Program-made: the position numbers and the translations under genes
The notes under the pieces: generated by a model
Seen by the model: the letters and a program-made list of their open reading frames with translations, nothing else
Told to the model about the DNA's origin: nothing
The model's database searches: none
Source: a virus
Taxonomy: Duplodnaviria; Heunggongvirae; Uroviricota; Caudoviricetes
IMG/VR virus record: IMGVR_UViG_638341084_000025
DNA length: 24,021 nucleotides
Direction: 5' to 3' (one strand)
Part shown: positions 13,211 to 21,697 of the stretch, piece after piece
Position numbering within the stretch: the stretch's first letter is position 1
Layout: every line of letters begins with the position of its first letter

Positions 13211-13364
13211 TGCTCCCCCTGAGTAATTACAGGAAGATTACCCGCGCGCGAAACCGTTCTCCTTAACCCCCTGTTCTGGCCGTTTTCTTACAACAAAAGC
13301 CCTTTGTATCAGCCTGTTACGCTTTGCCATCATGACTGAAGTACCAGTCAGAGGGGCAAAAACT
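13211..13364. promoter_or_regulatory. Divergent late promoter region between P and O
   Basis: Position equals the P2 PP/PO region; a TGT...ACA partial dyad is present (TGTTCTGGCCGTTTTCTTACA) but with 15-nt rather than the canonical 12-nt spacing, so the activator site is not confirmed. Confidence 0.3.
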
Positions 13365-14201
13365 ATGGCTAATGAAAAAAAGACATCCCGCAAAAAGTTT
13401 CGCGTGGCTGTCTCCGGATCAACTGTTGATGGCCGCGAAATCAGTCCGGTACATCTGCGTGAAGCCGCCGAGAACTTCAACCCGGATGTTTACGCTGCCC
13501 GCGTGAACGTTGAGCACTATCTCTCGCCATGCCCGTCAAGCGAATTTTCCGCAATGGGCGATGTCACCGCGCTGAGTACGGAAGATATTACGGAAGGCCC
13601 GCTGGCCGGACGTACTGCGCTGTATGCAGAAATCGAACCGACCGAGCGCATGAAGCAGCTTGTCGCTGACGGCAAGAAAATCTATTCCAGTATCGAACTG
13701 CACCCGCAGTTCTCCGTTAACGGGCGCGCCTATCTGGTCGGGCTGGCGATGACCGACACCCCGGCAAGCCTGGGCACTGAGCGCCTGAAATTCACGGCAC
13801 AGCAACGTCAGGCGGTGATGACGTTCAACAGTGTCCAGGGTGAAGCACCGCTTATCTCCGAAGCCATCGAGTCTGAAATCATCGAAATGGCAGAACAACG
13901 CCAGGAAGAAGGCACCCAGTGGTTTAACCGCGTAATGGGGATTATTGGCCGTGGCCGCAAAGCGGATGACGCCAGTTTCTCCCGCATTCAGGAAGCGGTG
14001 GAAGGCGTCGCAACGTCACAGGCCGACATTATCGACCGTTTTAATGCACTGGAAACCCGCCATCAGCAGGACAGCCAGAAAATCACTTCACTGACCACAG
14101 AGCTGGCAGCACTGAAGGAAAAACTGCGCACGCAGGACGGCGATCCGCAGAACCGGTTCACCGCAACGGGCGCAGCCTCCGACCAGCTGGCTGACTTCTG
14201 A
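13365..14201 (+). CDS. O: Capsid scaffolding protein (P2 gpO)
   Basis: Start taken at ATG 13365 (GAGGGG upstream) rather than the track's 13332; MANEKKTSRKKFRVAVSG...NVEHY parallels the P2 O N-terminus. Confidence 0.85.
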   Translation: MANEKKTSRKKFRVAVSGSTVDGREISPVHLREAAENFNPDVYAARVNVEHYLSPCPSSEFSAMGDVTALSTEDITEGPLAGRTALYAEIEPTERMKQLVADGKKIYSSIELHPQFSVNGRAYLVGLAMTDTPASLGTERLKFTAQQRQAVMTFNSVQGEAPLISEAIESEIIEMAEQRQEEGTQWFNRVMGIIGRGRKADDASFSRIQEAVEGVATSQADIIDRFNALETRHQQDSQKITSLTTELAALKEKLRTQDGDPQNRFTATGAASDQLADF

Positions 14202-14224
14202 TAAGACAAAGGAGCAAATTTTTT

Positions 14225-15277
14225 ATGAATCTGGTGATGTCAGATATTACCCGCAACAAGCTGGGGTGCTATATGGCGCAGCAGGCGTCGCTTAACAATA
14301 TCCCGGTTTCCGCACTGGTATCGCGATTTACCGTGGAACCCTCGGTACAGCAGCGTTTTGAAAACGCCTCAAAGGAAAGCACCGAATTTACAAAAAGAAT
14401 TAACGTGATCGGCGTGACCGACCAGAAAGGTGAAAAAATCCTCCTGGATACCACCGGGCCGATTGCGCGCACGAATACCAGTTATGACGGCACAAAACGC
14501 CGTAACCCGAATAACGTGGTTGATCTGAAAAACCGCAAATACCAGTGCGAACAGGTGAACTACGACACGTTTATTTCATATCCGCAGCTTGATGCCTGGG
14601 CGGCACACCCTGATTTTCAGTCCCGCATCAGCACACAGATTGCCCGACAGGTGGCGCTTGACCGCATCATGATCGGTTTCAACGGCACGTCTCACGCGGA
14701 TGAGTCTAACTTCAGCACCAACAAGTTGCTTCAGGACGTTAACGTGGGCTGGCTGGAGCACATCAGAACCGACGCCAGCGAACGCGTTATGAATGACGTG
14801 ACGCTGACCTCCCGTAACATGGACAACACCGTGGCGCACGCGGGTAAGTATGCGAACGCTGATGCACTGGTACAGGACGCGCGCTCATCCCTGCTGGATG
14901 AATGGCACAAGGAAGCTGACGACCTCGTGGTGATTATGGGGCGCAACCTGTTTAACTCGCTGCGTCTGCCCGTGCTGAACAGCATCAGCGGCCAGAATCC
15001 CAATGCGGAATTACTCGCCGGGCAGCTCATTCTGTCATCGCGCACCATTGGCGGGCTGGGCGTGTTCCTTGCGCCGTTCTTCCCGGATTCAACGATGCTG
15101 ATCACCTCGTTCAACAACCTGTCGATTTACTGGCAGAAAGGTTCAATGCGTCGTCTGATGAAAGACGAACCGGAATACAACCGCATCGCCACCTACCAGT
15201 CCATCAATGACGCTTATGTCGTTGAAGACTATGGCAAGTGCGCGATGGTCACTGGCCTGAAGTTCGCCGACAGCTAA
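14225..15277 (+). CDS. N: Major capsid protein (P2 gpN)
   Basis: 350 aa; FTVEPSV, GEKI, LSIY and YVVEDYG segments align with remembered P2 N. Confidence 0.9.
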   Translation: MNLVMSDITRNKLGCYMAQQASLNNIPVSALVSRFTVEPSVQQRFENASKESTEFTKRINVIGVTDQKGEKILLDTTGPIARTNTSYDGTKRRNPNNVVDLKNRKYQCEQVNYDTFISYPQLDAWAAHPDFQSRISTQIARQVALDRIMIGFNGTSHADESNFSTNKLLQDVNVGWLEHIRTDASERVMNDVTLTSRNMDNTVAHAGKYANADALVQDARSSLLDEWHKEADDLVVIMGRNLFNSLRLPVLNSISGQNPNAELLAGQLILSSRTIGGLGVFLAPFFPDSTMLITSFNNLSIYWQKGSMRRLMKDEPEYNRIATYQSINDAYVVEDYGKCAMVTGLKFADS

Positions 15278-15287
15278 TCAACTCACN

Positions 15288-15304
15288 GCGGGCATCATGC
15301 CCGC
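15288..15304 (+). other. Short GC hairpin after the capsid gene (possible attenuator)
   Basis: GCGGGCATCATGCCCGC palindrome right after the N stop; no T-run follows. Confidence 0.25.
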
Positions 15305-15322
15305 CTGTAACGGAGAGAAAAA

Positions 15323-16123
15323 ATGATTACTCCTGCACAGCAACACTGGCAGAACGTGATGGCACAGCGCGCAGGCCGGGCGAATGAAGGCGTGGACCAC
15401 GCCGCGCGTACCGCGCATGAAGAGGTGCTGTATCGTCTGCGTCTGGCACAGGCCCGGCTTAAGGGCGTACAGGCCAGAAGCGCGAAAGCCGCCATCAAAA
15501 AAGAGTTGTTGCCGGACTTTTCCGGCTGGATTGAGGGAACGCTGGAGGCTGACGGCGGGCAGCAGGATGAAGTGATTGCCACGCTGATGGTGTGGGCGAT
15601 TGACTGCGGCGATCTTCCGCTGGCGTTGCGTATTGGTGCGTATGTGGTCCGTCATAACCTCATTATGCCGGATAACTTTGGCCGTACTGCTGCCACAGTG
15701 CTGACCGAAGAAATCTGCAACCCGGTACTGACGCAGGCCGGGACGGATGCCGACGCGGATTTGTCCGCCTTTATCGAACCACTGGATACCCTCCGGGAGA
15801 TTGTCACCGACCAGGACATGCCGGACGAAGTGCGCGCCAAATTATGCAAGGCGTGCGCCTTTGCCCGTCGTGGCCTGAGTGATGCGGACAGCATGGCCCT
15901 GTCACTGAAGCTGCTGCGCGAAGCAATGCACCTGAACCCGAATGCAGGTGTGAAACGCGAGATTGCAACCCTTTCCCGCGCCCTGAAAAAAGCCGATTCC
16001 GCAGCCGAACCAGAAGACGCCAGCGCACAGCAGGCGCAGGACGAAAGCAGCAAAAGTAAAAAGACAACGCGGAAGCCTGCAACACGAAAAACCACCGCGA
16101 CGCAGAAGGCGAAGCGCGGTTAA
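15323..16123 (+). CDS. M: Terminase small (endonuclease) subunit (P2 gpM)
   Basis: 266 aa, position and size fit P2 M; basic K/R-rich C-terminus. Confidence 0.85.
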   Translation: MITPAQQHWQNVMAQRAGRANEGVDHAARTAHEEVLYRLRLAQARLKGVQARSAKAAIKKELLPDFSGWIEGTLEADGGQQDEVIATLMVWAIDCGDLPLALRIGAYVVRHNLIMPDNFGRTAATVLTEEICNPVLTQAGTDADADLSAFIEPLDTLREIVTDQDMPDEVRAKLCKACAFARRGLSDADSMALSLKLLREAMHLNPNAGVKREIATLSRALKKADSAAEPEDASAQQAQDESSKSKKTTRKPATRKTTATQKAKRG

Positions 16124-16147
16124 CGACTGACCCCGTCAGCGGGCGGC

Positions 16148-16211
16148 GTGCGCGGTGTTCCGGTTTGACTCCGTGACCGTTTACACCGCGCACCCACCGC
16201 CCGATTTTTTT
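16148..16211 (+). other. 11-bp perfect inverted repeat plus downstream T7 tract between M and L
   Basis: GTGCGCGGTGT (16148-16158) / ACACCGCGCAC (16183-16193); TTTTTTT at 16205-16211 is 12 nt after the stem, so terminator function is uncertain. Confidence 0.3.
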
Positions 16212-16225
16212 CAGGAGTGAACCCC

Positions 16226-16720
16226 ATGAGTATGGTTGCCAGAACCAACCCCGGCCCCGCAGAGGACGACATCACCGATACCGATGATGGTGATACCCGT
16301 ATTTCAGCGGGTGCATTCTGGCCGGATATTGTGCTGCGTGAGCTGCGTCTGGCGGTACGACTGCCGGGCCGTGTGACCACCTCCCGTCTGCTGCATACCG
16401 CCACCGGGGCTGTGGCACATGTTACCCGCGAGCTGGAAGCATGGCAGCAGGAACAGCAGGCGGCTGGCCATCAGACGCTGGCCGATGTTCCGGCACCCGT
16501 AATTAACGGAGAAAGCGTCAATCTCTGGCACTGGCGCAATGCGGTTTACACCGCCACACGCGCCCTGATTCTGGAGCGTTACCGCGATGCGGACACAACG
16601 GACAAGGGCGACCGCCGGGCGGACGCACTGGATATACAGACATCGGATTTGTGGCGTGATGTGAGCTGGGCCATCTCTGACATTCTGTGCCGTCCGCGAA
16701 TCTTTGCGGAGTTGTGCTGA
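16226..16720 (+). CDS. L: Head completion/stabilisation protein (P2 gpL)
   Basis: Start at ATG 16226 (AGGAG upstream); FWPDIVLRELRL...RLLHTATGAVAHVTREL...WRDVSWAISDIL...ELC parallels P2 L. Confidence 0.85.
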   Translation: MSMVARTNPGPAEDDITDTDDGDTRISAGAFWPDIVLRELRLAVRLPGRVTTSRLLHTATGAVAHVTRELEAWQQEQQAAGHQTLADVPAPVINGESVNLWHWRNAVYTATRALILERYRDADTTDKGDRRADALDIQTSDLWRDVSWAISDILCRPRIFAELC

Positions 16721-16920
16721 TGAAAGTAAAGGCACTGGAAGGCGACACCGTGGATTCGCTCTGTTTCCGGTACTACGGCACGACGCAGGGCGTCACCGAA
16801 AAGGTGCTGGATGCCAACCCCGGACTCTGTCAGCAGGTATTTCTGGACGCCGGGCAGGAAGTGGAGATGCCGGAGCCGGAGAAGAAGAAACGAGAAATGA
16901 TTCAGTTGTGGGGGGAGTAG
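16720..16920 (+). CDS. X: Tail protein X (P2 gpX)
   Basis: 66 aa from ATG 16720, which overlaps the L stop; size and position fit P2 X. Confidence 0.7.
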   Translation: MKVKALEGDTVDSLCFRYYGTTQGVTEKVLDANPGLCQQVFLDAGQEVEMPEPEKKKREMIQLWGE

Positions 16921-16922
16921 CA

Positions 16923-17246
16923 GTGAGCACCATTCAAACAGGGATCACAGAGCAGGTTATTGCATGGCTCTTTGACCACCTGCCAACGGTGTATGCAGTA
17001 GGCGCGGCGGTCAGCATTTCCGCGCTGATGAGTCTTTATGACGGACGAACACTGGTTCAGACCGTAACGGGATCGCTGGCGTGCGGCGTTCTTGCCATGG
17101 CCGTGGCCGGGTCGTTGCGCTTCTTCGGTTTTCCTGAAGATGCCGTGACGTTTATCGGCGCATCAATCGGTTTTATGGGGGCAGAGAAAGCACGCGACAA
17201 GGTTATTGCGGCCTTTAATCGCAGGGTGAAGGAGAAGGACGAATGA
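16923..17246 (+). CDS. Y: Holin (P2 gpY-like)
   Basis: GTG 16923 with GGGGGGAG upstream; ~107 aa with two or three hydrophobic helices and a charged C-terminus; ATGA-coupled to the endolysin. Confidence 0.6.
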   Translation: MSTIQTGITEQVIAWLFDHLPTVYAVGAAVSISALMSLYDGRTLVQTVTGSLACGVLAMAVAGSLRFFGFPEDAVTFIGASIGFMGAEKARDKVIAAFNRRVKEKDE

Positions 17247-17635
17247 GCAACACATTTAAATTCAGCAGCCGGAGCGAAAAGAATTTGCAGGGCGTAAATC
17301 CTGATCTGGTGAAAGTGACCCGACGGGCACTGGAAATCTCGGAAGTGGATTTTGGTATCACCGAAGGGTTGCGCAGCCGTTACCGCCAGAAGCAACTGGT
17401 GGCCACGGGTAAGAGCCAGACCATGAACAGCCGCCACCTTACGGGGCATGCCGTGGATGTTGTGGCTTATATCGGCAGCCAGGTGTCATGGGAATGGTCG
17501 CTGTACGAAAAAATCGCAGCAGCATTCAGACAGGCCAGCCGGGAACTGAATATTCCGGTGGAATGGGGCGGCGACTGGAAGACCCTGAAAGACGGACCGC
17601 ATTTTCAGTTACCACACGGAGCCTATCCGGCATGA
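17243..17635 (+). CDS. Endolysin, peptidase M15 (L-alanyl-D-glutamate peptidase type)
   Basis: 130 aa; SRHLTGHAVDV and GGDW...DGPHFQL motifs are typical of M15 zinc peptidase endolysins; this is not the P2 K lysozyme family. Confidence 0.75.
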   Translation: MSNTFKFSSRSEKNLQGVNPDLVKVTRRALEISEVDFGITEGLRSRYRQKQLVATGKSQTMNSRHLTGHAVDVVAYIGSQVSWEWSLYEKIAAAFRQASRELNIPVEWGGDWKTLKDGPHFQLPHGAYPA

Positions 17636-18039
17636 AGCTCTGGCCCACGCTGGGTGTCGCTTTCCTTCTGATTGCCGCATGGGGAACATCCATACGTCTG
17701 TCGTGGTCGCTGGGCCGGGAGAACGCCAGAAACGAAGCGCAGGCCAGCACCCTGAAAAGTACCGTCGACACCCTGAATATCATCAGCACCGGGGTACAGG
17801 ATATGCAGCAGGTGCTGGCGCAACTCCGCGTGGAAAATCAGCAACGCAATCAGGACGGAGAAGCCAGACGTGAACAGCTACGCAACGATATTGCAAAAGA
17901 TGAATGCGCCCACGCTTTGCCTGATGCTCGTTTTACTGACAGGTTGCGCAGGCACGCAGAACGCGCCACGGCCAGCGCCGTCAGTCCGGCTTATACCGCA
18001 GACGCTGACCATACCGGTAACGCCTCCCCCCTTCCCTGA
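17632..18039 (+). CDS. lysB: Inner-membrane spanin (Rz/LysB-like)
   Basis: ATG 17632 overlaps the endolysin stop; N-terminal TM (LWPTLGVAFLLIAAW) followed by a charged coiled-coil-like region. Confidence 0.6.
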   Translation: MKLWPTLGVAFLLIAAWGTSIRLSWSLGRENARNEAQASTLKSTVDTLNIISTGVQDMQQVLAQLRVENQQRNQDGEARREQLRNDIAKDECAHALPDARFTDRLRRHAERATASAVSPAYTADADHTGNASPLP

Positions 18040-18190
18040 CACTCCCACATGGGGAAATCTCGGTATATGGGGCGACCGCCTTCTGGATGCACTGGAAACC
18101 TGTAACGCGGATAAACGGGCCATTGAATTACTGGAACAGCGCAGACTGCAACGACTGAACAACGAGGACAACAACCATGCTGAAAACTGA
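17870..18190 (+). CDS. lysC: Outer-membrane lipoprotein spanin (Rz1/LysC-like)
   Basis: Different frame, overlapping the 3' half of lysB; lipobox LLTGC and Pro-rich mature region; start may instead be the internal ATG 17900. Confidence 0.5.
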   Translation: MNSYATILQKMNAPTLCLMLVLLTGCAGTQNAPRPAPSVRLIPQTLTIPVTPPPFPDTPTWGNLGIWGDRLLDALETCNADKRAIELLEQRRLQRLNNEDNNHAEN

Positions 18191-18620
18191 TTCCCTGCGT
18201 GAAGCCATGACCCGTTCATGCCGATGGTGTCAGGCCAACCCGGAAAAATTCACCATTTTCGTGGAGAGCGGCAACATTGAAACGACCGGAGAAACGCCCT
18301 CGTTTGTTTACCGCTATCAGATGGTGATGTTTGTCATGGATTACGCCGGGGAGCTGGACGACCTCACGCTGCCGCTGCTGGCGTGGTTATCCGAAAATCA
18401 GCCACAGTTGTTGCTCAACCCTGAGCGTAATCAGGACATCAAATTTTCCGCCGTTATCAATGACGATGACAGCGCCGATCTCCTGTTTACGCTCCCCCTG
18501 CGGGAACGCGTTCGCATCACGCGCAGCAGTCAGGCACACCGCAGGCAGAACACCTGCCGGAGCCAAAACCCCGCCTGCCATCTTCCGAAGGCGACTGGTC
18601 GCATGTATTCCAGGATGTGA
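18177..18620 (+). CDS. R: Tail completion protein R (P2 gpR)
   Basis: N-terminus MLKTDSLREA and size (147 aa) fit P2 R; the last ~30 codons are compositionally odd and another frame reads protein-like to a stop overlapping the S start (see finding). Confidence 0.7.
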   Translation: MLKTDSLREAMTRSCRWCQANPEKFTIFVESGNIETTGETPSFVYRYQMVMFVMDYAGELDDLTLPLLAWLSENQPQLLLNPERNQDIKFSAVINDDDSADLLFTLPLRERVRITRSSQAHRRQNTCRSQNPACHLPKATGRMYSRM

Positions 18621-18635
18621 CGTGGGGTGAAAGCG

Positions 18636-19271
18636 ATGGATAAGGCATTCACCCGCGTGGATGAAACCTTTGAGGCCATCCGCGACAGCCTGAATCAGCA
18701 GGCCATCAATAACATCGCCAGAAAGCTGGCACAGGATTTACGCCGCGCCCAGCAGGCGCGCATCCGGTCACAGAAAGCGCCGGACGGGACCGCATGGACA
18801 CCACGCAGACGCCGCGTAACCCGGATACAGGAGCGCATTCGCTTTATCTGGAATAACGAAGCACGCACGCTGAAAAACTGGCATCACGACACGGGGAAAT
18901 ACGGGCGAACCATTACCGGGTGGGATGAGGATAAAAACAATATCCGCACGTTTTACCGGGATGACATCGACCGTTTTCTGGAAATACGCACCCGGCGCAT
19001 CAACCAGGACAGCACAAAGCGCGTCCCCATGTTCGTAAAACTGCGCACCGCCCGCTACCTGAAAGCCCGTGCAGATGCTTCCGGTGTGACGGTGGGTTAC
19101 AGCGGCGTGGCCGCACGTATTGCACGCGTTCATCAGTTCGGTGAGCGCGATCAGGTTGCGCCGGGCATTTTCACCGATTACCCGGTACGTGAGCTGCTGG
19201 GTATCAGCCAGGCAGATGAGCGCCTGATTTATAACACGGTGCTGGGCCGGATTGCGGAGGCTGTACGGTGA
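18636..19271 (+). CDS. S: Tail completion / virion morphogenesis protein S (P2 gpS-like)
   Basis: Position between R and V; start at ATG 18636 (GTG 18627 alternative); stop overlaps the V start. Confidence 0.75.
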   Translation: MDKAFTRVDETFEAIRDSLNQQAINNIARKLAQDLRRAQQARIRSQKAPDGTAWTPRRRRVTRIQERIRFIWNNEARTLKNWHHDTGKYGRTITGWDEDKNNIRTFYRDDIDRFLEIRTRRINQDSTKRVPMFVKLRTARYLKARADASGVTVGYSGVAARIARVHQFGERDQVAPGIFTDYPVRELLGISQADERLIYNTVLGRIAEAVR

Positions 19272-19849
19272 GCGCAGAACTCATGCGACTGCTGAGCAAC
19301 ATCATCCGTACCGGGATCATCTCTGAAGTTGATGAGGAATCCTGGTGCGTGCGCGTTCGCAGCGGCGAACTGGAAACAGGCTGGCTGCGCTGGAACACCA
19401 CGCGCGCGGGAGCCTTCAATGTGTGGCTGCCGCCATCACCAGGCGAACAGGTGGTAATTGCCTGCATTGGCGGCAACCCGGAAACCGCCATGATAATTGG
19501 CAGCCTGTGGAGTGATGCCAGTCCGGCCCCCGGCAAAAGCCTGAAAGAAATCGTGATCAGCGCGCCGGATGGCGCGGTGTTCCGCTACGACACGGACGCA
19601 GGCGCACTGAGCGCCAGCGGCATGAAAACAGCCACCCTGCAGGCATCCGTCAGCGTGACACTGGATACGCCCGTCGTGGAATGCACAGACCTTCTGAGAA
19701 CAGCGACGCTTGACGTCACAAAAGGGGGAAAGATGAGCGGCAATATCACGCACAGCGGCGGCGATTTCACCTCAAACGGCATCACAGTGCATACGCATAA
19801 GCACGGTGGCGTTAAAGGTGGCAGCGATTCGACAGGAGGCCCGCAGTGA
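19268..19849 (+). CDS. V: Baseplate spike protein V (P2 gpV)
   Basis: 193 aa; IRTGII, GEQV, LDTPVVECTDLL, VTKGGKMSGNITHSGG and VHTHKHGG parallel P2 V. Confidence 0.85.
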   Translation: MSAELMRLLSNIIRTGIISEVDEESWCVRVRSGELETGWLRWNTTRAGAFNVWLPPSPGEQVVIACIGGNPETAMIIGSLWSDASPAPGKSLKEIVISAPDGAVFRYDTDAGALSASGMKTATLQASVSVTLDTPVVECTDLLRTATLDVTKGGKMSGNITHSGGDFTSNGITVHTHKHGGVKGGSDSTGGPQ

Positions 19850-20196
19850 CAACCCGCTACACAGGAATGAATCCGGACGGGACGGGAAACCTGAACGATA
19901 TGGAGCACCTGAAACAGTCAGTCAGGGACATCCTGATCACCCCGCTGGCAAGCCGGGTTATGCGACGGGAATATGGCAGCCTTGTGCCTGATTTGATTGA
20001 CGAACCCATGAATAACACAACTCGTCTGCAATGCATGAGTGCTGCCGTGATTGCGCTGACACGATGGGAACCCCGCATTGCCCTGGACGCCATCGACGTT
20101 GTCTGGAAAGCGGGAGGCCGCGCCGGGGTGACGCTGTCGGGCACTGTCATGCAGACCATGCAGAATGTTGAGTTAACCATCACGCTGAAGGAGTAA
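19846..20196 (+). CDS. W: Baseplate wedge protein W (P2 gpW)
   Basis: 116 aa; MTTRYTGMN...RVMRREYGSL...WEPRI parallels P2 W; GTG start overlapping the V stop, AGGAGG upstream. Confidence 0.85.
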   Translation: MTTRYTGMNPDGTGNLNDMEHLKQSVRDILITPLASRVMRREYGSLVPDLIDEPMNNTTRLQCMSAAVIALTRWEPRIALDAIDVVWKAGGRAGVTLSGTVMQTMQNVELTITLKE

Positions 20197-20199
20197 ATC

Positions 20200-21096
20200 A
20201 TGCCCGCCGTTGACCTTTCCCAGTTACCGGAACCCGCCATCATCGCGGAGCCTGACTTTGAGGCAATTCTGGCTGACACAAAGGCCATGATGATTGCGGC
20301 TTATCCCGCCGAACAGCGTGAAGCCGTCTCCGCCGCGCTGGAGCTGGAATCGGAACCCCTGAACGTTATCGCCCAGACAACAGCGTTTCGTGAAATGCTG
20401 TTACGCCAGCGGGTCAATGAGGGGGCACGCGCCTGCATGTTAAGCCACAGCGCCGGGACAGACCTGGACAACCTCGCGGGCAATATGAACACAAAGCGCC
20501 TGACCATCACTCCGGCAACGGATACCACCGACGCAGTGATGGAAAGTGACACCTCGCTGAGACTGCGCGCACAGCGGGCGTACGATGGCCTGAGTGTTGC
20601 TGGCCCGTCAGGTGCATACGAGTATTTTGCACGCAGCGCCAGCGGTCTGGTGCGTGATGCGCGGGCCATCAGCCCGTCTCCGGCCTGTGTGACGGTTTCC
20701 ATTCTGTCCACTGAAGGCGACGGCACAGCAACGGAGGCGTTGCTTAATACCGTTCGCGCCGTTCTGAATGCAGAGGATACCCGTCCGGTGGCCGACCGCC
20801 TGACCGTACAGAGCGCCAGAATCGTGACATGGCGGCTGAATGCAAAACTGTACTTTTACCCCGGCCCGGAATCCGAACCTATTCTGGCCGCGGCTGAATC
20901 GTCGTTCAGGAAGTGGCTGGCTGAGCAGGGGCTTATCGGTCAGGACGTGGCGTTGTCCGCCATTGCTGCCGCACTGCATGTGCACGGTGTGCAACGCGTG
21001 GAGATAATCGAACCCACACAGAATATGGCCATCAGCGACATACAGGCGGCGCGCTGTGAGTCATTCACCATCAGCGAAGGTGGGCGCAATGAGTAA
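20200..21096 (+). CDS. J: Baseplate assembly protein J (P2 gpJ)
   Basis: 298 aa; DLSQLPEP, LESEPL, RQRVNEGARA, LSVAGPSGAYEY, SPSPACVTVSILS and VADRLTVQSA follow remembered P2 J. Confidence 0.9.
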   Translation: MPAVDLSQLPEPAIIAEPDFEAILADTKAMMIAAYPAEQREAVSAALELESEPLNVIAQTTAFREMLLRQRVNEGARACMLSHSAGTDLDNLAGNMNTKRLTITPATDTTDAVMESDTSLRLRAQRAYDGLSVAGPSGAYEYFARSASGLVRDARAISPSPACVTVSILSTEGDGTATEALLNTVRAVLNAEDTRPVADRLTVQSARIVTWRLNAKLYFYPGPESEPILAAAESSFRKWLAEQGLIGQDVALSAIAAALHVHGVQRVEIIEPTQNMAISDIQAARCESFTISEGGRNE

Positions 21097-21697
21097 TTCG
21101 TTGTTACCACCATCAGCCAGCAATTTCATGCGTTGTGCCGAAGCCGTCGGAACACGCATTACAGACATTCCGGTAGACCTCAACACGCTGTGGTCGCCGG
21201 ACACCTGCCCGGTGCATCTGCTGCCTTATCTCGCCTGGGCGTTTTCCGTTGACCGCTGGGATCGCAACTGGCCGGAAGAGACAAAGCGACAGGTGATTCG
21301 TGATGCATGGCTGATACACCGACACAAAGGGACCATCAGCGCACTGCGAAGAGCCGTGGAGCCTCTCGGTTACCTGATTGAAGTAAAGGAGTGGTGGCAA
21401 CTCAACGAGGAGCCGGGAACATTTCGCATTGTTGTCGGAGTACTTGATCAGGGCATCACCGATGAAATGTATCAGGAACTTGAGCGCCTTATTGCGGATG
21501 CAAAACCAGTAAGTCGCCATCTGACGGGGCTGGCGATCAGCCTGAGTGTGAACGGAAAGATTTTCGTTGGTACGGGATGCTATCACGGCGATGCCCTGAC
21601 GGTTTATCCCTACACCCCGGAGTCCATTATTGTCGAAGGGGACTATTTCCCTGCCCCGGCCATTCATTTAATTGATAATCTGAGAGTAAACGCATGA
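21089..21697 (+). CDS. I: Baseplate protein I (P2 gpI)
   Basis: Start at ATG 21089, overlapping the J stop; LWSPDTCPVHLLPYLAWAFSVDRWD and ERLIADAKPVSRHLTGL parallel P2 I. Confidence 0.85.
   Translation: MSNSLLPPSASNFMRCAEAVGTRITDIPVDLNTLWSPDTCPVHLLPYLAWAFSVDRWDRNWPEETKRQVIRDAWLIHRHKGTISALRRAVEPLGYLIEVKEWWQLNEEPGTFRIVVGVLDQGITDEMYQELERLIADAKPVSRHLTGLAISLSVNGKIFVGTGCYHGDALTVYPYTPESIIVEGDYFPAPAIHLIDNLRVNA

Noticed and set aside
16148-16211. Calling the M-L intergenic inverted repeat a definite intrinsic terminator
   Set aside because: The T-tract starts 12 nt after the stem, too far for a canonical terminator; kept only as a low-confidence structured element.
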